Assembly: GCF_963921235.1 (NCBI RefSeq)
Contig: NC_086107.1
Span: 95,296,001 to 95,356,000, forward strand
Length of the DNA: 60,000 nt
From: Mobula hypostoma
Lineage: Eukaryota
Reading direction: 5' to 3'
The notes below the pieces were generated by a model. The model did not search any database. It had not been told where the DNA came from and saw nothing but the letters and a program-made list of their open reading frames with translations. Positions within the stretch are counted from its first letter, which is position 1. Every line of letters begins with the position of its first letter. Position numbers and translations under genes: made by a program. Below are positions 46,901-58,589 of this stretch, in pieces.

Positions 46901-49900
46901 GGAGAATGAGGAAAGGAGGTTGCGGGTGAAGTAGAATAGGGTGGGGAGAGGGGGAGGGGATGTTAGGGAGAGGGAGGAGGGGAGGGAGAGGAGGATGGGA
47001 GTAAAAGGGGGAGGGGGTGGTAGGGAGAGCTGATGGAGGAGAATGCAGAGGGAGGGAGGATGGCTCCCCAGTGAGGGAGTGTGTAGTTGGAATCTGCCGC
47101 TTTGTACATTTTCCGGGAGAGTGGAACGAGGTAGCCAGGTCAAAGCTGAGAACACGTTTTATGAACAAGACAAACAGCTCCGCTGTTCAGTTGATCTGGC
47201 CCTGGACTCAAGTCCACCCACCTGCCTTTTGCCCATAATCCTCAATTCCCACGCTATGCAGGAATCTAGCCCACTGTGTGTTAAACAGAATTAACTGTGT
47301 CCCCGGGCGGAGAAGGTATTTCATGCCACAAGCTGGTACACTGATTTACCCCTGTACAGGGTTCCTCAGGCCGTGTGTCAGAGACGTAGAGAGTCCCGGC
47401 TGGTGGTGTGTGGGGGGAGCAGGGTGTTCGATACTCGGACCTGGGTGGGGGAGGGTTGCTGGGGGATGAGGACAGTATGTCCGATCCCCAGATGTCCGGG
47501 AATGTCGAACATAGATGTTCTATGTCCAATGCCCGGATGCGGAGGTGGAGCTGCAGAGGTTTGTAAACTCAGCCAACTCTATCATGGGCACAACTCTTCC
47601 CACCATCGACAACAACTTCCAAAGGTGATACCTCAAAACGTTGGCACCATCATGAAGGACCCACATCACCCAGGACATGCCCTCTTCTCATTGCTACCAT
47701 CAAGGAGGGAGGTACAGGAGCCTGAAGACGCACAGCCAACGTTTCAGGAACGGCTTCTTCCCTTCCACCATCAGATTTCTGAACTGACAATGAACACTAC
47801 CTCAGTATTTTCTCTCTTTTTTAAATGTATAATGTATATTCCTTATTGTAATTTGTAGTGTATTTTAAATATTGCACTATGTTGAGTTCATTGCTGGCTG
47901 GCAACTCCTGCTGGTGCCAATCTGTGTCGGTTTCTGCCAATCCTCTGGATCCATCAGCTGTGGAGTGAGGGGGAGCTTGCTACAATGCCAACAGCTTGCT
48001 CTCCACATCGTACTGCCCTGGCCTGCGTATTGGCTTGCGTATCGACGGATGGAGCTGCACCAACAACGTAAACACAGAAAACGCAGCACCCAGGGTCGAC
48101 CGTGACCAACCGAGGGCTCACTATGTAACTGCTGCCACAAAACAACAAATCCCATCACCTCAGTCAGTGAGAGTAAACCCGATTCCGATTTCGGAGCACA
48201 GTGTGTTGGACGCCCAGTCCGGCTTAAAGAAAATACTTCGCAAAGGGCTTGGTTTGGCGACAATATTTACGCCATCTGTTAGATAGTTTCAGAGTAAGAA
48301 AATGCAAATTTAAATGCGATTAACCAGCTAATCTGGAGAAACATATCGGATTAACTGCCAGCCTGTCCCCTGTGAGAGAGATGTGGTCACTGGTTAATAG
48401 ATTATCTGTGCAGACAGACTACTGATTAGGGACTGTCAGCTCCTTTCCCCAGCGGTCTGTGCTAATTCAGCTCCCCGAGCCTGAAAACCAGTCTAAATCT
48501 CTATATCCTCTCTCTCTTTCTCTCTCCCCTCTCTTTCTCTTTCTCCATCCCTCTCCCTCTTCTTCCCTTCCCTTCTCCACCTTCCCCCCCCCCCTCCAAA
48601 CCACTGCCTGCCCTGCTGACGGTTCCCACCACTTCCGATTCCTGGTATCTGAGGCTTGCTTCACTAAGGAGGTGGCCTTCCTGAAACAGTCCCCACCCTT
48701 CCCAATCCTTGTGCATCTCCAATGGGATGTTTGAGGATCAGGGTTGCACACAGGAACCCTGCTGAATCTCTCCCGCGGTCCCGGAATTTTGCAGGGCATT
48801 GTGCGGGGGTGCACTTTCCAAGTGGGAGTTGGGAAAACCGTACCCTGATTAGGAACAGTCAGTGTGGCCTTGAGTAGGGCAGTGTCGTGTCCTACTCACT
48901 TGAGTTATTTGTCGAGGTGATGGAGGTACAGCTGTAGATGTTGTCTATGTGGATTTTAGTCAGGTGTTTGATGAAGTCCAACGTGGAGGCTGTTCGGGAA
49001 GATTAAGATTAGCTGTCTGGATTCAGAAATGACTTGCCCACAGAGGACAGCGTGCAATGGTCCATGGGATTAATTCTGGCTGGAGGCCCGAGACCAGTGC
49101 AGAAGAGATTAATGAGGATGTTGTCAGGAACCCAGGGACTGAGTTACAGGGGGAGGTTGGGACTTTATTCCGTACAGCGTCAGGAGACTGAAGTTCGACC
49201 TGATGGAGCGGTATAAAATCACGGGGTCATAGGGTGAATGCACAGTGTTTCTCCCAGGGTTGGGGAATCAAGAACTGGAGGGTGAAGGTTTAAGGTGAGA
49301 GGGGAGAGATTTAACAGAAACCTGAAGGACAACCATTTCACCCAGAGGGCACCCATGGAATGAGCCGCTGGCTGAGACAGATACATTAACAATGTTCAAA
49401 AGGCACTTGGACAGGTACAAGGATAGGAAAGATTTACAGGGATACAAGCCAAACGCAGGCAAGTGGGACTAGCTAACATGGAAATACTGGGTCAGCATGT
49501 GCTAGTTGGGCCAAAGAACCTGTATCCATGCTGTGTGACACTGTGGCTCCAAAATTAATGGTTTTCACAGGGACCTCTGATGTTTTCTGATGTATGTAAT
49601 GACCTGGATAAAAATGTGGATGGGTGAGTTAGTAAGTTTGCCGGCGATATGAAGATTGTGGACAGCACGGAAAAATACAGGGGGATTATAGATCAGTTGC
49701 AGATATGGGCGGAGAAATGCCAGGTGGAGTTTAATCTGGGTGAGGATTTACAGAGGGATCTTGATCAGCTTGGTAAACAAGCCAGGAAATGGCAATTGGA
49801 ATTTAATTCGGATAAGTGTGAGATATTGCATTATGGGAAGACAAACAAGGGCAGAACATTCACAACAAACAAAAGGGCCCTGGAGACTTTTGTAGAATAG

Positions 49901-52900
49901 AAAAATCAAGGAGTATAGACCACGTTCCTAAGTCTTATTAGGCCATTTGGCCCATCAAGTCTGCTCTGCCATTCTATCATGGCTAATTTCTAATTCCTCT
50001 CAACCCCATTCTCCTGCCTTCTCCCTTTGACAATCTTACTAATCAAGAACCTATCAACCTCCACCTTAAATATACTCAATGACTTGGCCTCCACAGCTGC
50101 TTGTGGCAATGAATTCCCCAGATTCAGCACCCTCTGGCTTAAGAAATTCCTCCTTATCTCTGTTCTAAAGGGACTTCCTTGTATTCTGGTCCCAGACTCC
50201 CCCACCACTGGAAAAGTCCTCCTCATGTCCACTCCATCCAGACCCCTCAATATTCAATAGGTACAGGTACGTGGTTCCTTAAAAGTGGAGACACAGGACA
50301 GTGTAGAAGGTGTTTGGCATGCTGGCCGACAACAGTACAGGAGTTGGGACATTATGCTGCAGTTGTAGAAGATGTTGGTTAGGCCGTATTTAGTATTGGT
50401 TTCAGTTTTGATACCCCTGCTGTAGGAAAGATGTCATTAAGCTGAAGGGAGTGCAGAGGAGATTTATGAGGATTTTGTTGGGACGAGGGACTGATTTATG
50501 GAGAGAGTTTGGGCAGGTTGGGATTTTATTCCTAGGAGCCTAGGAGACTGATGGGTGGGAGTCTGAAGATACACACTCAACACTTCAGGATGACAGATTC
50601 TTCCCCTCTGCTATCATTTTTCTGACCGGACAATGAACCCATGTGCGCTACCTCAATTTTCTTGGCTCTCATTTTATTAAGATTAAAGTCTGTCACAAGC
50701 CTTGTGGCCCATCAGGCCGGTGATTATGCTGGTTTCCATGGTGTGAAGCGACTGAGAGTACAAGACTTCCCCCCCCCCCGCCCCTGGATAGGACACCAGT
50801 CTATCGCTATCGCTAGGTTAACCCCCAGCATTTTTGCCGGTACCCATTCTCAGCTGGGTAGACTGGAGCATTGTGTGGTTAAGTGCCCTGCTCAAGGACA
50901 CACACGCTGCCTTGGCCGAGGCTCGAACCCATGACCTTCAGATCGCTAGTCCAGCGCCCTAACCACTTGGCCACATGCCACACTCATTTTATACTACTTA
51001 TTTAATTTAATTTTAAAAAATAGATTTCTTATGGTAAATTATAGTTTTTTAATTATGTATTGTGGTGCACTGGTGCTGTAAAAGAACAATTTTCATGACA
51101 TTTTCCAGTGATATTAAACCTGACTCTCATTCTGATTTGGATTCTCTGTGACCCTGACACTAAATGTGTGGTGTTGCACTTTGGAATATCAAATGTAGAG
51201 AGACAGTGCATAGAGTATGTAAAGGGAAGGTAACAGTGTTGATGTAGAGCAGAATCTTGAGGTCCAAGTTCTCAGCTCCCTGAAAGTGGCTGCTCAGCTT
51301 GATAGGGTGTATAGTATGCCTGCCTGCCTTAGTCCAGAAACTAAGTTCAAGCGTTGGGAAGTCACATCTTCATGCAAAGTAAAACCGAGTGATATAAGTG
51401 ACAACAATGTTTCGCTCACAGATAAACTCAATGCCTTTTCTGCTTGCTTTGACTGACAAAACCTGGAGAAACCTTCACAAGCTCCCACAGCTCCCAATGA
51501 CCCTGTGATTTCAGTCTCTGAGGCCGAGGTGGGGGCATTCTTCAGCAGGGTAAACCCACAAATAGCATCCTGCCCAGATGGGGTGCCTGGCTAAGCACTA
51601 AAGACCTGTGCTGATCAACTGGCTGGAGTGCTCACTGATACCTTGAACCATTTGCTTCAGCAGTCTTCAAGCAGGCTTCAATTATACCGGTTCCCAAGAA
51701 GAATGTGGTAAATTGCCTCAAATACTATTGCCCAGTAGTAGTTACCTCCACAGTGATGAAGTGCTTTGAGAGGTTGGTGATTAAGTATATCAGCTCCTGC
51801 CGGAGAAGTGGTTTGGATCTGCCCCAATTTGCCTACCGTCACAACAGATGCCCTTTCATTGGATCTTCACTTGGAACATATGGACATTGAAGGTGCATAC
51901 ATCAGGATGCTCTCCATTGACTACCATTCTGCATTCAACACTGCCATCCCCTGAAAACTAATCAATAAGCTACAAGACCTTGGCCCCAATACCACCTCTG
52001 GATTCTTAATTTTCTCATTTACAGGGCCCATTCAGTTTGGATTGGCAATGCCATCTCTTCCACAATCTCCATCAGCACAGGTGCACCACAAGGCTTTGTA
52101 CTTTGTCAGCACTCTACTCACTTTACACTTACGACTGTGAGGCTAAGCACAGCTCCAATGCCGTATTTAAGTTTGCTGACGATGCCACCGTTGTTGTCCA
52201 AATCAAAGATGGTGATGAAACAGCATACAGGAAAGAGATTGAAAATCTGGCTGAATGGTTCTCCAATAACAACCTCTCATCCAACAAAACCAAAGAGCTG
52301 ATTATTGACCACGTGAGGAGGGAACTGGAGTTCATGAGCCAGTCCTCATCAAGGGATCAGTGGTAGAGAGGGTCAGCAACTTTAAATTCCTTAGCTTCCT
52401 CATTTCAGAGGATCTGTCCTGGGTTCAGCATTTAAGTGCCATACGCCTCTACTTTCTCAGAAGCTTCTGAGGGCTCAGCATGTCATCTAAAACTTTGACA
52501 GAGTTCTATAGATTTGCAGTGGAGAGTATACTGGCTGGCTGCATCGTGGCCTCATATGGAAACACCAATGCTCTTGAACAGAGAAGTCTACAAAAGGTAG
52601 TAGGTACAGCCCAATCCATCACAGATAAAACCCACCCCACCATTGAGCACATCCATAAGGAAATCACAGGAAAGCAGTATCCTTCATCAAGGACCCCCAC
52701 CACCCAAGGCATGCTCTCTTCTTGCTGCTGCCATCAGGAAGGAGGTACAGAATCCTTAAGTGCCACACCAGCAAGTTCAGGAACAGATATCGCTCTCGAG
52801 CATCAGGCTCTTGAACCAAAAGGATGAGTTCCCAATGCTAAACTGATTCCACAACTTATGGACTCACTCTTAAAGGCTCTACAGCTCACGCTCTCGATAT

Positions 52901-55900
52901 TTATTGCTTATTTATTTTTATTATTAATATTTAGTTTTTTTTTCTGTATTTGCACAATTTGTTGTTTTTTACACTTTGTCTTGTTTTGTGTGATTTTCAT
53001 TGATTCTATTGTGTTTCTTTGTACTTACAGCAAATGCCCACAAGAAAATTAATCTCAAGGTGACATATACTGTATGTACTTTGATAATAAATTTACTTTG
53101 AAATTTGCAGGTCTATACACCGCTGGTCAGGCCACATCTGGAGTATTGCATTCAATTCTGGTCGCTCCCTTAGAGGAAAGGCATGGAGGCTTTGGAAAGG
53201 ATGCAAAAGAGGATGCTGCCTGGGTTAGAGAGCACATGCTATAACTTGGGTTGTTTTCTCTGGAGTGATGGAGACTGAGCAGAGACCTGACAGAGTTTTA
53301 TACTATTGTGAGAAGAACAGATACAGCAGAGAGCTGGTATCTTTTCTCCCCAGGTTTGAGATGTCCAATACTCGAGGAAGTAGTTGAGGCAGGTACATTA
53401 ACAGCATTTCAAAGGTGCTTGTAAAGATACAGTGGATGGATAGGAAAGGTTTGGAGGGATATGGGCCAAACATGGGAAAATGGGATCAGCTTGGATGGGG
53501 ATGTTGGTTAGTACAGGTTTGTTGGGCCAAAGGGCCTGTCTCTGCACTGTACAACCCCATGTTGGACATCCGAACCCTGAACCTGTAGTGGTCTGGGCCC
53601 CGTCACAAACTGGTGGGTTGTCGGACACCAAGGTAAGAAGGTCCCAGGAACCTACCTGTTCATGGGAGAGAGAGAGGGTGTCCGGTTCCACGGCTGCCCA
53701 GATCTCAGAGCGTAGCGAGTCTTCGAGTTGGCGGTTGTGTCGGACCCCTGCCTCCTCCCGCAGCTCTCGCAGGGCCTCCTTCAAGCTCTCATTGGACGAC
53801 CTGAACTCCTCCAGGTCTCTCTGGGCCTGATGTACCTGGGATGGAGAGCGGACAGGAGACCCCAGTAGTGAGTTGTATCTCAAATAGCAATGAGATGGAG
53901 TACAGGAAGGAGATAGAGAGCTTAGTGTCATGACCTTTCACTCGGTGTCAGCAAAGCAAAAGAGTTGGTCATTGACACCAGGAAGAGGAGGGAGGTGCAC
54001 AGGTTCCTGTCTACATCAACGGGGCAGAGGCTGAGAAGGTGACAGCTTCAACTTCCTGGGAGTGACCATCACAAACAGCGTGTCCCGGTCCAACCACTTA
54101 AACATCACAGCCAAAGAAGCTCATCTCTACTTCCTCAGAAGGCTAAAGGAATACAGCATGTCCCTGTGGACCCTCATCTATCTTTATCAATGCACCATAG
54201 AAAACATCATATCTGAATGCATTGCTGGTTGGTACAGCAACTGTTCGGTCTGTGACTGTAAGAAACCGTGGGGTTGTGGACACATCTCAGCACATCATGG
54301 GAACCAGCCTCCCCTCCAGGGACTCTATCTACGCTTCTCCCTGCCTCAGTAAAGCAGCCAAAGACCCCCCTCCCCACCACCCACCCCGGCCATTCTCTCT
54401 TCACCCCTCTCCCAACAGGCAGAAGATACAGAAGCCCACATACCACCAGGCTCAAGGACAGCTTCAATCCCACTGTTATTAGACTCTAGAATGGATCCCT
54501 TGTACCATTTGATGGACTCATGACCTCACAATCTACCATGTTATGATCTTGCACCTTAACCTTAACGTTTACCTGCACTGCACTCTCTCTGTAGCCGTTA
54601 CACTTTAATCTGCAGTGTTGTTGTTTTACCTCAATGTACACTAATCTAATCTGTATGAACAGTATGCAAGGCAAGCTGATCACCGTATCTCAGTACAGGC
54701 CACGATACGTCGCGGTCCGGTAGCAGTTAGCTTGACGCAGTTACAGCTCGGGGCACGCCGGAGACCGTAGTTCTGTGAGGAGTCTCAGTAGGTCCTCCCT
54801 GTGGAATGTGTGGGTTTCCTCCGGGTCCCCCACTTTCCTCCCTCAGTCCAAAGGTGTTCCGGGTAGGTTAATTGGTCATTGTAAGTTGTCCCGTGACTAG
54901 GTCAGGGTTAATCGGGGTTGTGGGGTTTCTGGAGCAGTGTGGCTCAATCTCTAAATAAATAAATAACCCTGTTGCAGTTCCCAGTGTCCCTCTCACGACT
55001 GTCACCCCTCACCTGCTGCAGCTGGCCCTGGCTGATCCTCTCCAGAGTGCCGAGCTGGTCCTGGAGAGCCTCCCTCTGTCTCTGCAGCTCGGCGGTCTCC
55101 TGCGCCAGGCTCTGGATCTGGTTCTGCGACTGTCGCACCTGTCCCACCAGCTCCTGGTTCTGCCGCGGGGAGAGGAGAGAGCTGAGTACCAGGGTTGGCA
55201 GGGGTGAAGGAAACCCATGCCCTCCCCACTCTCCACCCCTCCAGCGTTACCCGGAGGGACACAGACAGACAGTAGAATGCAGATGAACAGGCTAATGGAT
55301 ACAGACAGACAGACTGATAGATGGGCAGACACATTCAGACGTCACCCTCACCCTGAAAACCCCGACTAACCCCCCCCCCACCCTCTCTTCCCCCAGGGTT
55401 CAGAGACTGGCCTGTATTTTGGGGAGAGTGCAGTGTCTACGGACGGTGTTTGGACCATGCATTGAGGGCCATCATGGGCATCTGTACATTGGGGAGAAGG
55501 TGCTGCCTCACATTCTGGGAGCTGTGTTTGTCCTGTGTACTTTGGGGTCTGTACAAGTAGATTATGTATCAAAGGGAGGGGGCTGTCTAGTGTTTTGGGG
55601 GCTGCATTTGCTCTGTGTATTTTGGGGGGCACAGTCTGGGCAGGTTGTATATTGGGAAGAAGATGCTGACTCGTGTTTTAAGGGCCAGTGTTTGTCCTGT
55701 GTATTTTGGGGTCTGTATGAGCAGGTTGTATATTGGGAAGAAGATGCTGACTCGTGTTTTAAGGGCCAGTGTTTGTCCTGTGTATTTTGGGCCTGTGTAT
55801 TGGGGAGAAGGTGTCGGCTCGCATTTGGGGAGCCACGTTTCAGATTGCAGTCCATTCGAGTGTCCGACCACTGGTCCCGGGAGTGTCGGGGCACTTTGGA

Positions 55901-57586
55901 TGCAGAATATGAGCTGCACCGTGAGCTGACCTCACTGGTGGGGTCATGGGCGATAGGATTACACAGACGCAGGCAGAGTTAATGCTTGTGGCTGCCCGCA
56001 GACGTCTCAGCTTCTCCCGAGCCCCTACTGGGGATCTCACCACCCCAACACCGCTGGGTAACACGGGAGAGGGTGTTAAACATCTCACCTCCGTCCACTG
56101 TCCTGTCCCACTCGGGGGGAGGGTGTGGGAAATAGGGGAAGTGAGAGAGAGGGAGGTAAAAGGGAGCAATGTGAGGAGAGGGTCAGGGAGAGGGAAGGAG
56201 GGGTGGACAGTGGGAGAGAATGGGTGGAGGGGGAGGGGAAGATGGTGGGGTAGAAAGAGGGGTAGGGATGGGTGAAAGGGAGGGAGAGAGGGGGATAGAG
56301 GGGACAGTGGGAGGAGAGAGTGGAGGGGGAAGAGGGAGGGCGAGACACCAACAGGTGGACAGACACGCAGATGCAGACGCAGACACACACAGAAACAGAA
56401 ACAGACAGACACAATCTGGACAGGTGCCGTGGGGGAGGAGGGAGAAGGTCGCCCATCTCTACCGCCCACCCTGATCTGCTCACCTCTGCCTGCAGGCACT
56501 TTATCTGGGCCAGCTGCTGTGAGTGCAGAGTCCGATCCTGCAGGGCCTCGTCCCGGGCCTGGAGCTGGTTCCGCAGACACTGCAGCTCCCTGTTTGTCTG
56601 CCGGGGATTTGGTGGGGGGTGGTTAGTGGGAGAGAACAAGAGAATCTCAGCGTCAATGGGAGGTCTAATGGTCTAACTCCACCACATAAACCTTCCTGCC
56701 AGCACAGACATCCCAACCCGTCCGGTCCTACCAATGTCCAACTGAGCTGTGCTGGGACGTCCCAACCTGTTTGATCCAATCCCACTGACCTCATTAAACA
56801 AGGGGGTCTGAATGGTGGGGTCCGGTTGGAACTTCCCTGGGATGAGGGTCTTCAGTTACGAGGGAGGAGAGAGAGAGACTTCCCTTCAACCATCGGACCC
56901 AGAACCAGCCGGCACAAACCTAATCACTACAGTTTAGCAACACTTTGCGCTAAAATGGACCTTATTTTTGATCTAATTGTGCTCTTTCTTGTAAGAATTG
57001 TGCCTAATTTCTATTTATTTGATTTTTTTCCCTTGCAAATGAATATGAGGGGCAGAGAGAGGGGGAGGGAAAAAGACAAAAGGAAAAGGGAAAGATGGAT
57101 TTGGAGGGAGAGGGGTGGTGGAGAGAGGAAGGGGAGAAGTGAGGGTGGAGAGAGGAAGGGGAGGGGGAGGTTAGGGAGAGTGGAGGGGAAGAGGGGGAGG
57201 GTGGAGAGGTGAAGATGGGGAGGGAGGGGGGGAGAGTGGTAGGGCAAGAGAAAGGCAGAGAGAGCGGGGTCGGAGAGAGGGAAGGATGAAAGAGGCGGGG
57301 AGTCAGTTGCCAGCACAATACCCAGGGCCTGAGGTATGGTGTGGTGGGGTGTAATGTCCCTGTAGAGCCAGCCTCCCCTCAGGGTGGGAAATACCTGTGT
57401 CCCAGGCCTCCCTCACAGAGGGAGGGGGAGGTGGGGGAAGGAATATGTCTGTGTCCCAGGCAGGGGTGTGTCTTTCACCTCTGCTGGGACAAGAATCCTG
57501 TAGTACAGGTGGGGTGACATTCCTCGGACAGCATCTCTCCTCCCTCCTCATTCTCGACAGGGAGGCTGGGGACAGCACAGCTCAGG

Positions 57587-57647
<61 letters not shown>

Positions 57648-58531
57648 AGAGTGTGATAGGGAGCAAGAGAGAGAAAGAATAAAAGACAGAAAGTGTAAAT
57701 GAGAGGGATAGAGAGAGTGATACAGGGAAAGAAAACAGACAGAAAGCGAGAGAGAGAGTGAGAGAGAAAGAAAGAGAGAGAGATCTGAGCACTGTGTCTA
57801 TGGACCTTTACCCTTCTCCCAGGCCTCTCAGTCCATCAGGAACTGAAGAAACCCCATCTCCTCCCTTTCCTCTACCCACTCCCCTCTCCTCCCTCCTCCT
57901 CCGCCTCCTCCTCTGCCTCCTCCCCACTCCTTCTCTCACTACCCCCTTCCTCAGCCCCCTCCTATTCTCTATCCCCACACACTCCCCCCTCACGTCCCCA
58001 TTTCCTCCACCCCCTCCCCAGTCCCCCCGCGCCCTCTCCCCAGTCCCCCCCATACTCCCTCCCCAATCCCCCCGCACCCCTCCCCAGTCCCCCTGCACCC
58101 CTCCCCTGTCCCCCACGCCCTCTCCCCAGTCCCCCCATACCCCCCCAATCCCCCGTACCCGTCCCCAGTCCTCCCATACTCCCTCCCCAATCCCCCCGTA
58201 CCCCTCCCCAGTCCTCCCATACTCCCTCCCCAATCCCCCCGTTCCCCTCCCCAGTCCTCCCATTCCCCCTCCCCAATCCCCCCGTACCCCTCCCCAGTCC
58301 CCCCATACCCCCTCCCCAATCCCCCCGTCCCCCCACCTGGCTGAGCTGCTCCTCCAGCTGCTGATTGTGCTGGGCCAGCTCCCTCGCCTCCCTCCACTCT
58401 GCCTCTCGGCGCTTTCTCAGGGTGGATCCCTGCTCCCTCAGCTCCCTCTCCAGCTCGGCCAGTCGCTCCTCCCACTCGCTCTCCCGAGCCTCCAGCCTCC
58501 GCCTCTGTTCCACTCGCTCCTGCTGTAGCCG
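43767..58531 (-). CDS. BICDL2: BICD family-like cargo adapter 2 (CCDC64B), 3' part; complement join(58337-58531,56484-56597,55013-55159,53656-53835,45082-45218,44586-44706,43767-43922); 5' exons lie beyond the window
   Basis: Coiled-coil exons. [69 protein letters not shown]...FLSLFRRS* matches BICDL2 ([27 protein letters not shown]) better than BICDL1. Syntenic with THOC6 and HCFC1R1. Confidence 0.9.
44586..44706 (-). CDS. BICDL2: BICDL2 internal exon (121 nt)
   Basis: cag|G AAA CAG...TGG CAG|gtgggt; [13 protein letters not shown]. Confidence 0.93.
45082..45218 (-). CDS. BICDL2: BICDL2 internal exon (137 nt)
   Basis: cag|GTG GGG GAG...CGC AA|gtgagt; [14 protein letters not shown]. Confidence 0.88.
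45925..46980. repeat. Purine-rich minisatellite of about 120 bp, about 9 units, in a BICDL2 intron
   Basis: GAGAGGAGAATGAGGAAAGGAGGTTGCGGGTGAAGTAGAACAG recurs at about 120-nt spacing. Confidence 0.93.
47560..48195 (+). mobile_element. Rex1/Babar-like LINE 3' fragment with an unidentified insert
   Basis: IMKDPHHPGHALFSLLPSRR and GGCTTCTTCCCTTCCACCATCAGATTTCTGAA. Confidence 0.7.
48830..50560. mobile_element. Cluster of CR1-type LINE fragments on both strands
   Basis: VDVVYVDFSQVFD, LQRDLDQLGKQARKWQLEFNSDKCEILHYG, and minus-strand FRTEIRRNFLSQRVLNLGNSLPQAAVEAKSLSIFK. Confidence 0.75.
50678..50982 (-). mobile_element. Full-length tRNA-derived SINE with a 10-bp TSD
   Basis: Minus strand box A TGGCCAAGTGG and box B GGTTCGAGCC, then CCTTGAGCAGGGCACTTAACC; TSD CTCATTTTAT at 50668-50677 and 50983-50992. 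Confidence 0.85.
51385..53105 (+). mobile_element. Rex1/Babar-like LINE (RT through 3' tail), nested in a CR1 fragment (about 51160-51380 and 53110-53555)
   Basis: YCPVVVTSTVMKCFERLV, QFAYRHNR, FKFADDATVV..GDETAYRKEIENLAEW, FYRFAVESILAGCI; tail ends TACTTTGATAATAAATTTACTTTG. Confidence 0.88.
53656..53835 (-). CDS. BICDL2: BICDL2 internal exon (180 nt)
   Basis: cag|GTA CAT CAG...GAA CAG|gtaggt; LRELREEA..SLRSEI. Confidence 0.88.
53880..54700 (+). mobile_element. Rex1/Babar-like LINE 3' fragment
   Basis: LYFLRRLKEYSMS..LYQCTIENIISECIAGWYSNC and HTTRLKDSFNPTVIRL. Confidence 0.8.
54712..54966 (+). mobile_element. V-SINE (HE1-like)
   Basis: tRNA-like head, V-domain GTGGGTTTCCTCCGGG...TTTCCTCCCTCAGTCCAAAG, (TAAA)n tail. 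Confidence 0.7.
55013..55159 (-). CDS. BICDL2: BICDL2 internal exon (147 nt)
   Basis: cag|AAC CAG GAG...CAG CAG|gtgagg; NQELVGQVRQSQNQIQSL. Confidence 0.88.
55500..55812. repeat. Tandem duplication of about 80 bp with degenerate flanking copies
   Basis: GCAGGTTGTATATTGGGAAGAAGATGCTGACTCGTGTTTTAAGGGCCAGTGTTTGTCCTGTGTATTTTGGG occurs twice. Confidence 0.8.
56484..56597 (-). CDS. BICDL2: BICDL2 internal exon (114 nt)
   Basis: cag|ACA AAC AGG...GCA GAG|gtgagc; ends IKCLQAE. Confidence 0.85.
58012..58333. repeat. C-rich minisatellite of about 21 bp abutting a BICDL2 donor site
   Basis: (CCCTCCCCAGTCCCCCCATAC)n variants. Confidence 0.85.
58337..58531 (-). CDS. BICDL2: BICDL2 internal exon (195 nt)
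   Basis: cag|CGG CTA CAG...AGC CAG|gtgggg; RLQQERVEQRRRLEARESEWEERLAELE. Confidence 0.9.
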
Positions 58532-58589
58532 CTGGGGGTCAGGGTCGGGGGGCAGAAGGGGAACATGTCAGCCTGACCCACTCCTGGGT

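Noticed and set aside
46154..47155. 333-aa Pro/Ser/Leu-rich ORF, and similar ORFs at 39295-39973, 57758-58528 and 5245-5910
   Set aside because: Translations of low-complexity or minisatellite DNA with no domain signal, splice support or credible start.
50900..50982. tRNA gene on the minus strand
   Set aside because: A and B boxes are present, but it continues into a SINE body bounded by TSDs and lacks a proper acceptor stem.
57479..57565. Possible extra BICDL2 exon (cag acceptor and gtgaaa donor on the minus strand)
   Set aside because: It has an in-frame TGA in the required phase, a weak donor and no similarity to BICD-like proteins.
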